The notes: generated by a model not told the origin, from the sequence alone. DNA of 64,000 bases from an uncultured Acidobacteriota bacterium (GCA_963755195.1 CAVWIZ010000006.1:193731-257730); one strand, 5' to 3'; shown: positions 36,724 through 46,467, counted from the stretch's first letter. A program made the numbers and translations.

Positions 36724-37487
36724 GGAGACTTATGCGCATCCCGTTCGGACTAACCGGCATTCTCGCAATCGTCGCGGTCCAGCTCGGCTCGGCGCACGCT
36801 CCCGTTCAGCTGCAGGGGGGAGGCCGAGGCGAGTTGATCGATCGCTTTCTTGCCCCGAACGAGCCGCCGCTCGTGAGCTATCGAGCGTTCCGCCGCCTGG
36901 CGGCTTCGACCAGGGGCGGGAACATGCGCGCGTCGCTTGACGCGTGGACGACGCTCGATCCGGTGCACGGATTCAACTTCGAGATCACGTCGGAAGAAGG
37001 ATCGTCGATCATCCGGCGAAAAGTGCTGATGGCCGCGCTCGAAGCCGAGCAGGCGGCCGCTCGATCGTCGGACCGCGCGCAGTCGGCGCTGACGCCGGCC
37101 AACTACGAGTTCCTCGGCATCAGCCTGGAGAACGACCGGCTGGTCAAGATGGACGTGAAGCCCCGGCGAAAGCACGTCATGCTCGTCAACGGAGCCTTGT
37201 TCATCGAGGCGGAATCGGCGGACCTGGTTCGCGTGGAAGGGGAGCTGTCGCAGCGGCCGTCGTTCTGGACGCGACGGGTGCGCGTCGTCCGCGAATACAA
37301 TCGCGTCGAAGGCGTTCACGTGCCGGTGAGCATGCGCTCGACCGCCGATGTGCTGCTGGTTGGCAGCTCGTCGTTCTCGATGACCTATCGCTATGTGGAG
37401 ATCAACGGTAAACCGGTCACTGCTGTCACCCCTGTCAGCAACGACACGGCTGTCACGAGCGTTCCGGCCGACACGATCGACAAGTAG
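36717..37487 (+). CDS. hypothetical secreted protein (possibly LolA/RseB-like fold)
   Basis: 256-aa ORF overlapping the receptor gene's stop by 7 nt. It has a signal peptide (IPFGLTGILAIVAVQLGSAHA) and no motif I recognise firmly. The fold suggestion is weak. Confidence 0.55.
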   Translation: MVRRLMRIPFGLTGILAIVAVQLGSAHAPVQLQGGGRGELIDRFLAPNEPPLVSYRAFRRLAASTRGGNMRASLDAWTTLDPVHGFNFEITSEEGSSIIRRKVLMAALEAEQAAARSSDRAQSALTPANYEFLGISLENDRLVKMDVKPRRKHVMLVNGALFIEAESADLVRVEGELSQRPSFWTRRVRVVREYNRVEGVHVPVSMRSTADVLLVGSSSFSMTYRYVEINGKPVTAVTPVSNDTAVTSVPADTIDK

Positions 37488-37558
37488 CGCGGCGCTTTCA
37501 GCCGCGCGACGGCGGCCCTGACCGTCGACAAGCAGCGCGGCGCTTTCCGCCCCGCGAC
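37477..37558. repeat. 47-bp-period direct repeat (2 copies) containing a GC hairpin and the stop codon of the upstream gene
   Basis: TCGACAAGTAGCGCGGCGCTTTCAGCCGCGCGACG (37477-37511) and TCGACAAGCAGCGCGGCGCTTTCCGCCCCGCGACG (37524-37558). The hairpin is GCGCGGC-GCTTTCA-GCCGCGC. Copy 1 carries the TAG stop (37485-37487); copy 2 has CAG at that position. Confidence 0.85.
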
Positions 37559-37573
37559 GTCCAGGGCCGCGTT

Positions 37574-38866
37574 CTACGGATACAGCCGGTAGAGCATGCG
37601 CGGATAGGGAATCGTCTCGCGCACGTGCTCGAGCTTGCAGATCCACGCCACGACCCGTTCGATGCCCATCCCGAAGCCGCCGTGCGGCACGGTGCCATAG
37701 CGGCGCAGATCGACGTACCATTCGAAGGCTTCCTGCGGCAGGTCGTGCTCACGAATCCGCTGCAGCAGCAGGTCCAGATCGGCCAGACGTTCGCCGCCGC
37801 CGACGATTTCCCCGTAGCCCTCCGGCGCGAGGATATCGACGCCGAGCGCGACGTCCGGTCGCTCGGGATCGGGCTTCATGTAGAACGCCTTCACGGCGGC
37901 CGGGTAGCGATGCACCATCACCGGGCGGTCGTACTGTTCGGAGAGCAGCGTTTCGTCGGGTCCGCCGAAATCCCCGCCCCACTCAAATGGCAGGCCGCGA
38001 GCCTGGAGCGTCGCGACCGCCTCGTCGTACGAGATCCGCGGGAACGGCTTGACGACTGACTCGAGCTTCGAGACGTCGCGCTCGAGGACCGTCAGCTCGC
38101 GCCGCCGCCTGTCGAGCACGCGGCCGACGACCGAGACGATGAGGTCCTCGGCCAGATTCATGACGTCGTTCAGATCCGCGAACGCCACTTCGGGCTCGAC
38201 CATCCAGAACTCCGTCAGATGGCGGCGGGTCTTCGACTTCTCGGCGCGGAACGTCGGGCCGAAGCAGTAGACGCGGCCGAGCGCCATCGCGTTGGCCTCG
38301 TTGTAGAGCTGACCGCTCTGGGTCAGATACGCGGTCTGTTCCTCGAAGTACTGCGCCGGAAACAGCGTCGTCGTTCCCTCGCAGGCGGCGGGAGTAAAAA
38401 TCGGCGTGTCGGCCAGGATGAAGCCGCGATCGTTGAAGAAGTCGCGGACCGCGTTGATGATCTCGTGCCGCACGCGGAGGATCGCCTGCTGCCGCTCGCT
38501 GCGGATCCACAGATGACGCCGGTCGAGCAGGTAGTCGACGCCGTGTTCTTTCGGAGTGATCGGATAGTCGTGCGAGGCGCCGACGATCTCCAGCGTGTTG
38601 ACGTCGATTTCGAAACCGCTCGGGGCGCGTGTGTCCGCGCGGGCCGTGCCGGTGACGATCACGGACGTTTCCTGCGACAGGTGATCGGCGGCCTTGAAGA
38701 CGTCGTCGCCGACGGCCGCCTTGGACATCACGGCCTGAATGAAGCCGGAGCCATCCCGAAGCGTCAGGAAGTGAATCTTGCCGCTCGATCGCCGGTTGTG
38801 CAGCCACCCCTTGATGGTGACCGCGTCGCCTTCATGCTTGCCGATGTCTTCGATGTACACGTGCAT
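37574..38866 (-). CDS. asnS: asparagine--tRNA ligase
   Basis: Intact 430-aa ORF with an OB anticodon-binding domain and class II motifs ([35 protein letters not shown]). The C-terminus ...[11 protein letters not shown] is typical of AsnRS. Confidence 0.9.
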   Translation of the reverse strand: MHVYIEDIGKHEGDAVTIKGWLHNRRSSGKIHFLTLRDGSGFIQAVMSKAAVGDDVFKAADHLSQETSVIVTGTARADTRAPSGFEIDVNTLEIVGASHDYPITPKEHGVDYLLDRRHLWIRSERQQAILRVRHEIINAVRDFFNDRGFILADTPIFTPAACEGTTTLFPAQYFEEQTAYLTQSGQLYNEANAMALGRVYCFGPTFRAEKSKTRRHLTEFWMVEPEVAFADLNDVMNLAEDLIVSVVGRVLDRRRRELTVLERDVSKLESVVKPFPRISYDEAVATLQARGLPFEWGGDFGGPDETLLSEQYDRPVMVHRYPAAVKAFYMKPDPERPDVALGVDILAPEGYGEIVGGGERLADLDLLLQRIREHDLPQEAFEWYVDLRRYGTVPHGGFGMGIERVVAWICKLEHVRETIPYPRMLYRLYP

Positions 38867-38875
38867 AGGAGTCCG

Positions 38876-39718
38876 TCAACCCTCGGCCAGCTGCTTTTCG
38901 ATCCGCGCCCGGGCCGTGCGGGCTCGCGCCAGCGTGTCTTTCGTCGAGCCGCGCGCCGCCAGCTCGAATATCAGCGCGCCGTCGTACCCGACTTTCTGGA
39001 CGGCGGTCAACGCCGCCGGCCAGTCGATCGTACCCTCGAACGGGACGAGATGGTCGTCGGCTCGCCCGCGATTGTCGTGCAGATGAATCGTCGCCAGGTG
39101 TCCCGAGACCACTTCGATCGCGTCGACGAGGTCGCCGTCCATGTGCGCGTGCCCGAAGTCCAGGCAGATGCCGGCATCGCCCGACTCCAGATCGTCTTCG
39201 GTGAAGTGGACGAGCGACCCGGCGCGGGACAGGTCGTTGGGGATGACCTCGATCGCAATCCGAACGCCGAGCGGCTCAGCGAGCCGGCACAGCTCTTCGA
39301 CGCTGCGGCGCGCCGCCTGACGGTTGCTCCCGCCGTCTCGGTTCTGCGTGCGCGGCCACCCCAGATGGACCACCAGCGCCTTCATCGGGATCCGGCGCGC
39401 GATCTGCAGCGCCCGTTCGGTCTCGGCCATGGCCTGCGCGCGCGCTCCGGCGTCGGCGCTGGCGATCGACAGCAGATCGGCGGGGCGGTCGCCGCGCCCG
39501 GCGGAGGGTGCATGAACGGCGTGCAGCGTGAGACCGCCCGCTGCGAGCCACTGCTGCAGGTCGGCCACCACCGACTCGTTGTGGTAGTCCATGTGCGTGC
39601 GCATGGCGAACACCTCCACCGTGTCGAAGCCGTGCGCCGCGATTTCGAGGATGTGATCCCGGGTCAATCGGTGGCGATGATAGAGGTACGTCGAAATCCC
39701 AAACTGTCGTCGGACCAC
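38876..39718 (-). CDS. sugar phosphate isomerase/epimerase (xylose isomerase-like TIM barrel)
   Basis: Intact 280-aa ORF. The pattern of His, Asp and Glu residues (HAP..., VVHLG, EVIPN, DFGHAH, IHLHDN) is typical of the AP endonuclease 2 / xylose isomerase-like TIM barrel family. The substrate is unknown. Confidence 0.7.
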   Translation of the reverse strand: MVRRQFGISTYLYHRHRLTRDHILEIAAHGFDTVEVFAMRTHMDYHNESVVADLQQWLAAGGLTLHAVHAPSAGRGDRPADLLSIASADAGARAQAMAETERALQIARRIPMKALVVHLGWPRTQNRDGGSNRQAARRSVEELCRLAEPLGVRIAIEVIPNDLSRAGSLVHFTEDDLESGDAGICLDFGHAHMDGDLVDAIEVVSGHLATIHLHDNRGRADDHLVPFEGTIDWPAALTAVQKVGYDGALIFELAARGSTKDTLARARTARARIEKQLAEG

Positions 39719-39741
39719 AGGACGGCCACCAATTCTAACCG

Positions 39742-40785
39742 CTATTGGCGCTCGTCGATGTGGCGCGCCAGCAGCTCGCGCAGGCGCGCGAACCGCGGGT
39801 ACCGTTCGAGATTGGTGCGGAGATAGTGCAGCGTGCGCGGCACGTATTGGATGTACACGGGATTGCCGCGTGCTGTCGTCTGGTGCCCGAATGTGCCGAG
39901 CGCCTTCAGGTTGCGCTGCACGGCCATCATGTCGAACCGTCCTCGAAACGCCGCGGCGTCGGCGATGCCCGCAAGCGCCACGAAGTACGCGATCAGATCG
40001 TCGAGTTCGCGCTCGCTGATGTCCACGTACGAGTCACGCAGCAGCGACGCCAGATCGTACGTGTCGGGCCCCATGCGCGCGTCCTGGAAGTCGATCACGA
40101 AGAGGCCGCCGTTGTGGACCATCAGGTTGCGGCTGTGATAGTCACGGTGGCACAGCACGCGCGGCTCCCCGGCCAGCTCGCCGGCCATCGCCGCCCACTC
40201 CTCGGCCAGGGCCGTCCGTTCCGGCCCCGAGAGTGTCGCCCTCCGATAGGCTTCGACAAAGTGGCGCACGAAGAAATCGAGCTCCCAGGTCAGTTTTTCG
40301 ACGTCGAACGCGACGCGATAGGGCGCGTACGCATCAGACGCCAGCTCCGCGCCGCGCCGCTGGAGCGACGCGATGAACGACATCGCCTGACGATACAGCG
40401 CGGCGTGCTCGGTGGGCGTGCCCGCTCCCACGTGCGCCTGCAGTGTGACATCGCCCAAGTCCTGCAGCGCGAGAATCCCGAGCGCGTTCGAATGCCCGAT
40501 GATCGCCGGCGCCGGCAGGGGAACGCGCTCGAGCAGCTCGGCGACGTTGACGAAGGGCAGCGTCGCGTAGTCGATGGCGCCGTCGTGAAGCGCGAGAACG
40601 ATCGACGGCCCGTTCGCGGGAATGACACGGAAATAGCGGCGCGTCGATGCGTCCCCTGTCAGGGGGATGACGCGACGGCCGCGCGCGCTTTCACCCGCGT
40701 CTCCCACCGGGTCGCTTTCGAGCAGGTATTGATCGATGCGGCGGCGATCGCGCCCCGCGTTGTCTTCGGTGATGTCAGCTGTCAT
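39742..40785 (-). CDS. aminoglycoside-phosphotransferase-fold kinase (AmgK-like anomeric MurNAc/GlcNAc kinase candidate)
   Basis: Internal ATG of ORF 39742..40923, overlapping the upstream stop (ATGA). LTGDASTRRYFRV, VLCHRDYHSRNLMV and IDFQDARMGP are APH-fold catalytic motifs. It is paired with a nucleotidyltransferase, as in AmgK-MurU. Confidence 0.7.
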   Translation of the reverse strand: MTADITEDNAGRDRRRIDQYLLESDPVGDAGESARGRRVIPLTGDASTRRYFRVIPANGPSIVLALHDGAIDYATLPFVNVAELLERVPLPAPAIIGHSNALGILALQDLGDVTLQAHVGAGTPTEHAALYRQAMSFIASLQRRGAELASDAYAPYRVAFDVEKLTWELDFFVRHFVEAYRRATLSGPERTALAEEWAAMAGELAGEPRVLCHRDYHSRNLMVHNGGLFVIDFQDARMGPDTYDLASLLRDSYVDISERELDDLIAYFVALAGIADAAAFRGRFDMMAVQRNLKALGTFGHQTTARGNPVYIQYVPRTLHYLRTNLERYPRFARLRELLARHIDERQ

Positions 40786-41705
40786 AGAGGAGTGACGAGG
40801 ATTCCCTGGTCGCCGCGGCGGATGACTGACCGGCGGTGCACCGACCCGGGAGGAATCCGCACGAGATCGGTCACGATGCATTCCTCGACAACCGCTCCCG
40901 CTCCGACTTCCACATCGTCCCACAGAATAGATCGCGCGACGCGCGCGGTGGAGTCGATGCGAACGCGCTGGCCGTACGCGCGTTCGGCGGGTTGGTCGCC
41001 CAGAAACGCCAACGACGTGGTCCAGTAGTCGGCGATCGTGCCCACGTCGTGGAAGGTGGCGTCTGACAGGTGTCCCCGAATGGAGCCGGCACGCGACGCC
41101 ATCAGACGACCGTACACGCCTCCAAACGATTGCACCACCTCGCCGTCGGTGAGCGCGCGGAACGCGTCCGCCTGTGCCAGCTGCACGCCGATGAAATGGA
41201 ACGAGCCGTCGGCGCCTCGCCCGCGCGGCACGAAGCCCGTGACATGGCCGTCCGCCGCCATCAACACGCCGCCGTATCGATGCGGTTCACGATTGGGCAC
41301 GAGCGCCAGCGTCACCAGCGCGCCCGAAGCCTCGTGCGCGGACGCGAGTCCCCGCAGATCGAGATCGGTGATGGTGTCACCGTTCACGAGGAAGAACGTC
41401 TCGTGGCCGATGATGGGCAGCGCGCGCCTCGGTCCGCCCGCGCTGCCGAGGACGACGGGCTGCTCCCACGAATACCGCACGCGGACGCCGAGGTCGCGTC
41501 CATCTCCCACGACAGCGCAGAGCGTGTGGGGCAGGTGATGGAGATTCAGCACGAGCTCGGTGACACCCTGCCTCGCGAGCCACGCGATGATTCTGCGGAT
41601 GAGTGGCTCACCGGCGACGGGGATGGCGGGTTTGGCGCGGACAAACGTCAGTGGCTGCAGCCGCGTGCCGAGGCCGGCGGTCAGCACGAGCGCGTGAGGC
41701 GACAT
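40782..41705 (-). CDS. NDP-sugar pyrophosphorylase-like nucleotidyltransferase (MurU-like candidate) with C-terminal left-handed beta-helix segment
   Basis: 307-aa ORF. The N-terminal LVLTAGLGTRLQPLTFVRAKPAIPVAG is the sugar-1-P nucleotidyltransferase signature. The C-terminal hexapeptide-like repeats include ILWDDVEVGAGAVVEECIV. Confidence 0.75.
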   Translation of the reverse strand: MSPHALVLTAGLGTRLQPLTFVRAKPAIPVAGEPLIRRIIAWLARQGVTELVLNLHHLPHTLCAVVGDGRDLGVRVRYSWEQPVVLGSAGGPRRALPIIGHETFFLVNGDTITDLDLRGLASAHEASGALVTLALVPNREPHRYGGVLMAADGHVTGFVPRGRGADGSFHFIGVQLAQADAFRALTDGEVVQSFGGVYGRLMASRAGSIRGHLSDATFHDVGTIADYWTTSLAFLGDQPAERAYGQRVRIDSTARVARSILWDDVEVGAGAVVEECIVTDLVRIPPGSVHRRSVIRRGDQGILVTPL

Positions 41706-41711
41706 CCGGCG

Positions 41712-42269
41712 TCAGTCGGCGTCGAAGAGCATGTCGGTGGGCGGCACGCCTCGTTGTTCGCAGTCCTGGACGAACAATCCCCGGTACGATTCGAGCAGGT
41801 AGTCGGCGGGCCCGCGGCCGAGGGCCCGCGCCATGTGCGCGATACCGCGATCGCCGCCCTCGATCTCCACAAACACGCCGACAGGCGTTTCGTCGATCGC
41901 GACGATGCAGTCGTCGAGGGCGAATTCCTCGCGGTATTTCTGATAGCGAAACCAGACGTGGTATCCCAGCTCTTCGAGCAGGCGCAGCAGAAGGGTGCCG
42001 TCGCCGACGACGGTTTCGAGCTCTTCGCGCACCTTGACGAGCGCCGGTTGCACGGGGCCCTTGAAGGTCAGGAGGCTCCGGCCGCCATCCATCCGCACGC
42101 GAAGCGCGGAGCGGCGCCGCCGCAGGTCGTCGTTGGCAGTGTCGAGGAGACAGTCTTCCTGGAGCCGCCGGCCGTGCACGGGCGTGGCGCCCGTGGCGAG
42201 CACGGCTTCGCGGGCCGCTTCGGCGCTCTCGAATCGCAGCTTGATTTCGCGCTCGAGGATGGCGGACAT
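41712..42269 (-). CDS. CYTH domain protein (class IV adenylate cyclase / triphosphate tunnel metalloenzyme family)
   Basis: 185-aa ORF with an N-terminal EREIKL (ExExK signature), LRVRMDGGRSLLTFKGP and ...VEIEG. Confidence 0.8.
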   Translation of the reverse strand: MSAILEREIKLRFESAEAAREAVLATGATPVHGRRLQEDCLLDTANDDLRRRRSALRVRMDGGRSLLTFKGPVQPALVKVREELETVVGDGTLLLRLLEELGYHVWFRYQKYREEFALDDCIVAIDETPVGVFVEIEGGDRGIAHMARALGRGPADYLLESYRGLFVQDCEQRGVPPTDMLFDAD

Positions 42270-42321
42270 GCGGCCTATTTAATCCTCGTACGGGTCAAAA
42301 TACAATGCGCGTCGTGCGATC

Positions 42322-43533
42322 TCATGTCACACGCATTCGGTACGAGCAACCGGCGAGGGGCGGTGCGCCGACGCCTTTCCCAAGGATGAGCACCTTGTGT
42401 GTGCTGCCGAGCCCACCCGGCATGAGGAGTGTCTTGAGGTGTCGTGAGTTGTCTGCAAGATCGGCGTCTCCCCTTTTCATGAGCAGGCCCAGCAGAAAAT
42501 ATGTCTGATCGAGGAAGCCGAGAGCTGTCAGGCCCTCGGCTTCGGCGGCCATTCGCACGCTGGTGAAGTCGACGTGTGCGGTGATGTCATGATCGCCGGT
42601 ACCGTCGAGCCAGGCCGGGGCGTCGGCCGGCCGCTCGGGCCCGGCCATGGTGTGACGCGCGAACGTCGTGAGCGTGCCGCCCGCATGCGTCACCGAATAC
42701 AGTTCGCGGGCTTCGTGGCCGTAGTCGATGACGATCATGAATCCTCGCGACAGCCGGCGGGCGGCCGCGTGGATCCACTCGACCGCCTGCAGGTTGATTT
42801 CGACACGCCAGCCCGGCTCGAGCGCAATCCCGAGCCGTTTCAGATAGGCGGCGAGCGCCGGCGTCGACGGAGGGCCCTCGAACGTCCGCAGGACACCAGT
42901 ATCGCGCGCCACATCGACGTAGATCTCTCTCAGCCCGTCCTCGCGCATGACAACCTGATGCACGGGCAATGCGTCGAGCCACTCGTTGGCGAACAGCACG
43001 CCTGAGAATGATGCCGGCAGGTCCGGGGATGAGGAGACGAGCCGTTCGCGCATGTCGCCGAGGACGTCTGGCTGCGCCGCACGCGCGGCGGGGCTCGCCT
43101 CGACGAGGTGGAGCCGGACGCGATCGTAGAACGCCGGGGTGCGGCGTCTCGCCGCGCGCAGGATATCGGCCGAGAGGCGGCCGTTTCCTGCGCCGGCTTC
43201 GACGATATCCACGACATGCAACGCAGAGTCCGCTGCATTCGGGGAGATATGAATTGGTTTCCCTGCGTGCTCTGCGATCTCTGCGTTGATCGTCGTCGGG
43301 TCCGTCGTCGTGAGGAGGTCGGCCATTTCGGCCAGTTGGATTTCGAGGAGCTCGCCGAACAGCGGCCCGACGTCGACGCTGGTAAAAAAATCGCCCGCGC
43401 GGCCCGACCGTTGGGCTGCGCGGGCGTAGTAGCCGACCTGCGCGTCGTAAAGCGCGATCTCCATGAACGCGGCCACCGTCAGGGGGCCGCGTTCATGGAT
43501 GAGGCCCGCCAGACGGGACTCGGGAACCCTCAA
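42322..43533 (-). CDS. class I SAM-dependent methyltransferase (DUF185 / MidA-NDUFAF7-like)
   Basis: 403-aa ORF. FMEIALYDAQVGYYA, GDFFTSVDVGPLFGELL, VEAGAGNGRLSADIL and FANEWLDALPVHQV are typical of the DUF185 family. Confidence 0.8.
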   Translation of the reverse strand: MRVPESRLAGLIHERGPLTVAAFMEIALYDAQVGYYARAAQRSGRAGDFFTSVDVGPLFGELLEIQLAEMADLLTTTDPTTINAEIAEHAGKPIHISPNAADSALHVVDIVEAGAGNGRLSADILRAARRRTPAFYDRVRLHLVEASPAARAAQPDVLGDMRERLVSSSPDLPASFSGVLFANEWLDALPVHQVVMREDGLREIYVDVARDTGVLRTFEGPPSTPALAAYLKRLGIALEPGWRVEINLQAVEWIHAAARRLSRGFMIVIDYGHEARELYSVTHAGGTLTTFARHTMAGPERPADAPAWLDGTGDHDITAHVDFTSVRMAAEAEGLTALGFLDQTYFLLGLLMKRGDADLADNSRHLKTLLMPGGLGSTHKVLILGKGVGAPPLAGCSYRMRVT

Positions 43534-43541
43534 TCCCGTCG

Positions 43542-45155
43542 CTATTCCTTCTTCACTGTCACGAACACCTGACCGTCGTTGCGCCAGATGAGAATCTGCG
43601 CGATGCGACCCGACGCGACCGCTTGGAGCTCTCGAGCCGCCTCTGTGGCGCTCGACACGAGCTTGCGGTTCACCGACAGGACGATGTCGCCCTGGCGCAG
43701 CAGGCCGGCTGACGGCCCGTCCGGATCGACATCGGTGACCAGGGCTCCGGTTTGCCCCGACGGCAGTTGCAGCCGCCGCGCGACTTGCGGCGACACGTTG
43801 CCCAGCGTCAAGCCGAAGCCGCCGCCCTGCTGTGTTTCCGGCGCCTGGTTGCCGTTGTCGCTGCGCGTCGAGCGCTGACCTTGTTGCTCGGCGTCGAGAT
43901 CGAGCTGGTCCACGGTGACGGTCAGCGTCCGCTCCTGCTTGTTCCTCAGGATCTTCACGGGCACCGACGTGCCGGGCTTGGTCGCCGTCACCATCTTGAC
44001 GAGATCGTCACGGTTGGGAACCGGCCGGCCGTTGAACTCCGTGATGACGTCGCCGGGTTCGACGCCGCCTTTCTGGGCGGCGCCGCCGCCCAGGACGGAC
44101 TGGACGATCGCCCCCGTGCGCGACTTGAGGCCGAAATCCTCGAAGCCTTCGCGCGGCACCACCATCACCGTCACGCCAATGCGGCCGCGAATGACCTTGC
44201 CTTCACGCAGCTGCGGCAGCAGATCGCGGACCGTGTTGATGGGCACGGCGAAGCCGATGCCGATGTTGCCCTCGGTCCGGCCGTTGCTGATGATCGCCGA
44301 GTTGATGCCGATGACCTCGCCGCGGATGTTCAGGAGCGGGCCGCCCGAGTTGCCGGGGTTGATGGCGGCATCGGTCTGCAGCATATCGTTCGATCGTCCG
44401 TCGGTCACCGGGAGCGACCGCTTTGTCGCGCTGATCACGCCGACGCTGACCGTGTGCGCCAGGCTGAACGGGTTGCCGATCGCCATGACCCAGTCGCCTG
44501 GCAACATCTGCGACGAGTCGCCGAACCTGGCCTCCGGCAGCGGCGTGCTCGGCCTGTCGACAAGCTGAATCAGTGCGCTGTCGGTGAGCGCGTCGCGCCC
44601 GATCACCTTCGCGGAATACGGCGTCTCGTCGTCGGAGTAGAGGTAGACCTCAATCTTGATCGCGTCTTCAACGACGTGGTTGTTGGTGAGGATGAAGCCG
44701 TCTTTGCTGATGATGAACCCGGTGCCGGCCGCGCGGTTGATCGGCTCGCGTTGGCGGCGCTGGTTGCCGCCGCCCTGCGGGGTGTCGCCCCCGCCGCCTT
44801 GCCCCCCCTGGCCGCCGGGACCGCCGAAGAATCGGCGGAAGAAATCGTCGGGTGCCCCCCCGCCACCTCCGCCGAACAGATCTTCAAGGTCCTGCGACTT
44901 CGCCTTCATCTCGGTGCGGATGCTGACGACCATCGGCTCCTGGGCTTTGGCGATGTTTCGGAACGTGTCGGCGGTCAGCGGACCGGTCAGCGGCGCGCTG
45001 TTCATCGGCGGCACGGCAATCGTTTGCGCCGAGGACTCCGGCGACAGATCGAGCCGCGACGCGATGACCATGCCAACGGCCACCGATGCGATGACGACGA
45101 GCGGCAGATAGAACAGCGTCAGCTTCGGCAGCAGCGTGAACTTGCGGGTTGCCAT
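43542..45155 (-). CDS. Do/DegP/HtrA family serine endoprotease with two PDZ domains
   Basis: 537-aa ORF with a TM/signal anchor, a Gly-rich low-complexity insert, a trypsin-like domain (TNNHVV, DSALI, GNSGGPLLN) and two PDZ domains. Confidence 0.9.
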   Translation of the reverse strand: MATRKFTLLPKLTLFYLPLVVIASVAVGMVIASRLDLSPESSAQTIAVPPMNSAPLTGPLTADTFRNIAKAQEPMVVSIRTEMKAKSQDLEDLFGGGGGGAPDDFFRRFFGGPGGQGGQGGGGDTPQGGGNQRRQREPINRAAGTGFIISKDGFILTNNHVVEDAIKIEVYLYSDDETPYSAKVIGRDALTDSALIQLVDRPSTPLPEARFGDSSQMLPGDWVMAIGNPFSLAHTVSVGVISATKRSLPVTDGRSNDMLQTDAAINPGNSGGPLLNIRGEVIGINSAIISNGRTEGNIGIGFAVPINTVRDLLPQLREGKVIRGRIGVTVMVVPREGFEDFGLKSRTGAIVQSVLGGGAAQKGGVEPGDVITEFNGRPVPNRDDLVKMVTATKPGTSVPVKILRNKQERTLTVTVDQLDLDAEQQGQRSTRSDNGNQAPETQQGGGFGLTLGNVSPQVARRLQLPSGQTGALVTDVDPDGPSAGLLRQGDIVLSVNRKLVSSATEAARELQAVASGRIAQILIWRNDGQVFVTVKKE

Positions 45156-45165
45156 CAGGATCCTC

Positions 45166-46365
45166 CTAAACGAGCGCCAGAATCTCCGCCTGCAGCGGTC
45201 CGGTCACCACAGCGTCGTGATCGCGAACGATCATGTTGATTTCGGATCGGACGCCGAAGTCATCGAAGTACAAGCCGGGTTCGATTGTAAAGCCTGTCCC
45301 GGCGAGCAGGCGCCGGTCGTCGTGCGTCTCATAGTCGTCCATGTTGACGCCGTTGCCGTGCACCGATTCGCCGAGGCTGTGCCCCGTGCGATGCAGCACA
45401 TGATCCCCATAGCCGGCGTCTCGAAGGACGGAAGACGCCGCTCGATCGACCTGCCAGCCGCGGATCTCCCGGCCCGCGGCGGCCGCGTGTTGCACCAGGA
45501 GGCTGGCCGCGTCGCGCGCCGCCGCGACGGTGGCGAATGCCTGCGCGTACCGTTCCGGCGGCTGTGCCCCCGTGTAGCCGACCCACGTGATGTCGGCGTA
45601 GACGGCCCTGGGCCGATCGAGCTTGCCCCACAGATCGAGCAGCACGATTTCTCCGGGGCGAATCACCCGATGCACTCCCGCTGTCGGCATGTAGTGCGGG
45701 TCGCCGGCGTTTTCAGCGGCCGCAACAATCGGCGGCGAGTCGCTGACGAGTGCTTCGTCGCGAAACCAGCCGACCATCAACTGCTGGATCTCGTATTCCG
45801 TGGTCGGCGTGCCGGCGGCGAGCCGCCTGGCCACGGTGTCGAAGGCGCGATCCTTGACGCGGTAGAGGGCGTCGGACGCGCGCCGATGCGTCTCCATGGC
45901 CGGCGCGTCCCACACGGTCGCGAACCGTTGGACGAGATCGCCGGACGAGGCGACCTCAACGCCGCACTGGCGCACGAGTTCGACCGTGCCCGCGTCCACG
46001 CGCGCGATGTACGGAATCGCGCACAACGGCGAGTACTCCATCGCGACGCGGTGGACCCCGCGGAGCAGGTCGCGCAGTCCCTTCTCGAGCTGATCGCGGC
46101 CGGCGTAGTGCGTTCGCGCTCCCGGCAGATGGTCGAGCGCGTGGCGTTCGATGGCGTGCACGAGGCCGCGCGGTTCGCCCGATGCCGGGATGAGGTAGTA
46201 CCAGCGGCGTGTGGCCAGATGCCCGTCGCCGCGTCCGACGCCGGCGATCTCGGCGGCGATGGGATTGATGCCGTGGAAATCGTACAGAAGCCAGGCATCG
46301 AGGCCTTCGGCCACGAGCGCCGACTGCACGGCGGTCACGTCGAGTCCGGCCGTCGCCTGGGGCAT
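45166..46365 (-). CDS. M24 family metallopeptidase (Xaa-Pro aminopeptidase-like)
   Basis: 399-aa ORF with pita-bread-fold metal ligand motifs (LLDLWG...YADITW, HRTGHSLG, TIEPGLY, SEINMIV). Confidence 0.85.
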   Translation of the reverse strand: MPQATAGLDVTAVQSALVAEGLDAWLLYDFHGINPIAAEIAGVGRGDGHLATRRWYYLIPASGEPRGLVHAIERHALDHLPGARTHYAGRDQLEKGLRDLLRGVHRVAMEYSPLCAIPYIARVDAGTVELVRQCGVEVASSGDLVQRFATVWDAPAMETHRRASDALYRVKDRAFDTVARRLAAGTPTTEYEIQQLMVGWFRDEALVSDSPPIVAAAENAGDPHYMPTAGVHRVIRPGEIVLLDLWGKLDRPRAVYADITWVGYTGAQPPERYAQAFATVAAARDAASLLVQHAAAAGREIRGWQVDRAASSVLRDAGYGDHVLHRTGHSLGESVHGNGVNMDDYETHDDRRLLAGTGFTIEPGLYFDDFGVRSEINMIVRDHDAVVTGPLQAEILALV

Positions 46366-46467
46366 CTTTCAAGTATAACGTGCCGGGCGGCTGGAACCGG
46401 GTTTGGAAGCGCCTGGAGAACGTGTGTCAGCACGGCCAGGCGCCGCCAACTGAGGCATAATTCGCCC

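Noticed and set aside
45136-46467. The N-terminal 444 aa of the 1149-aa ORF 45136..48585.
   Set aside because: This part is antisense to the M24 peptidase gene and has no motifs. The VWA protein clearly begins at the ATG at 46468, with a signal peptide and the family-typical N-terminus.
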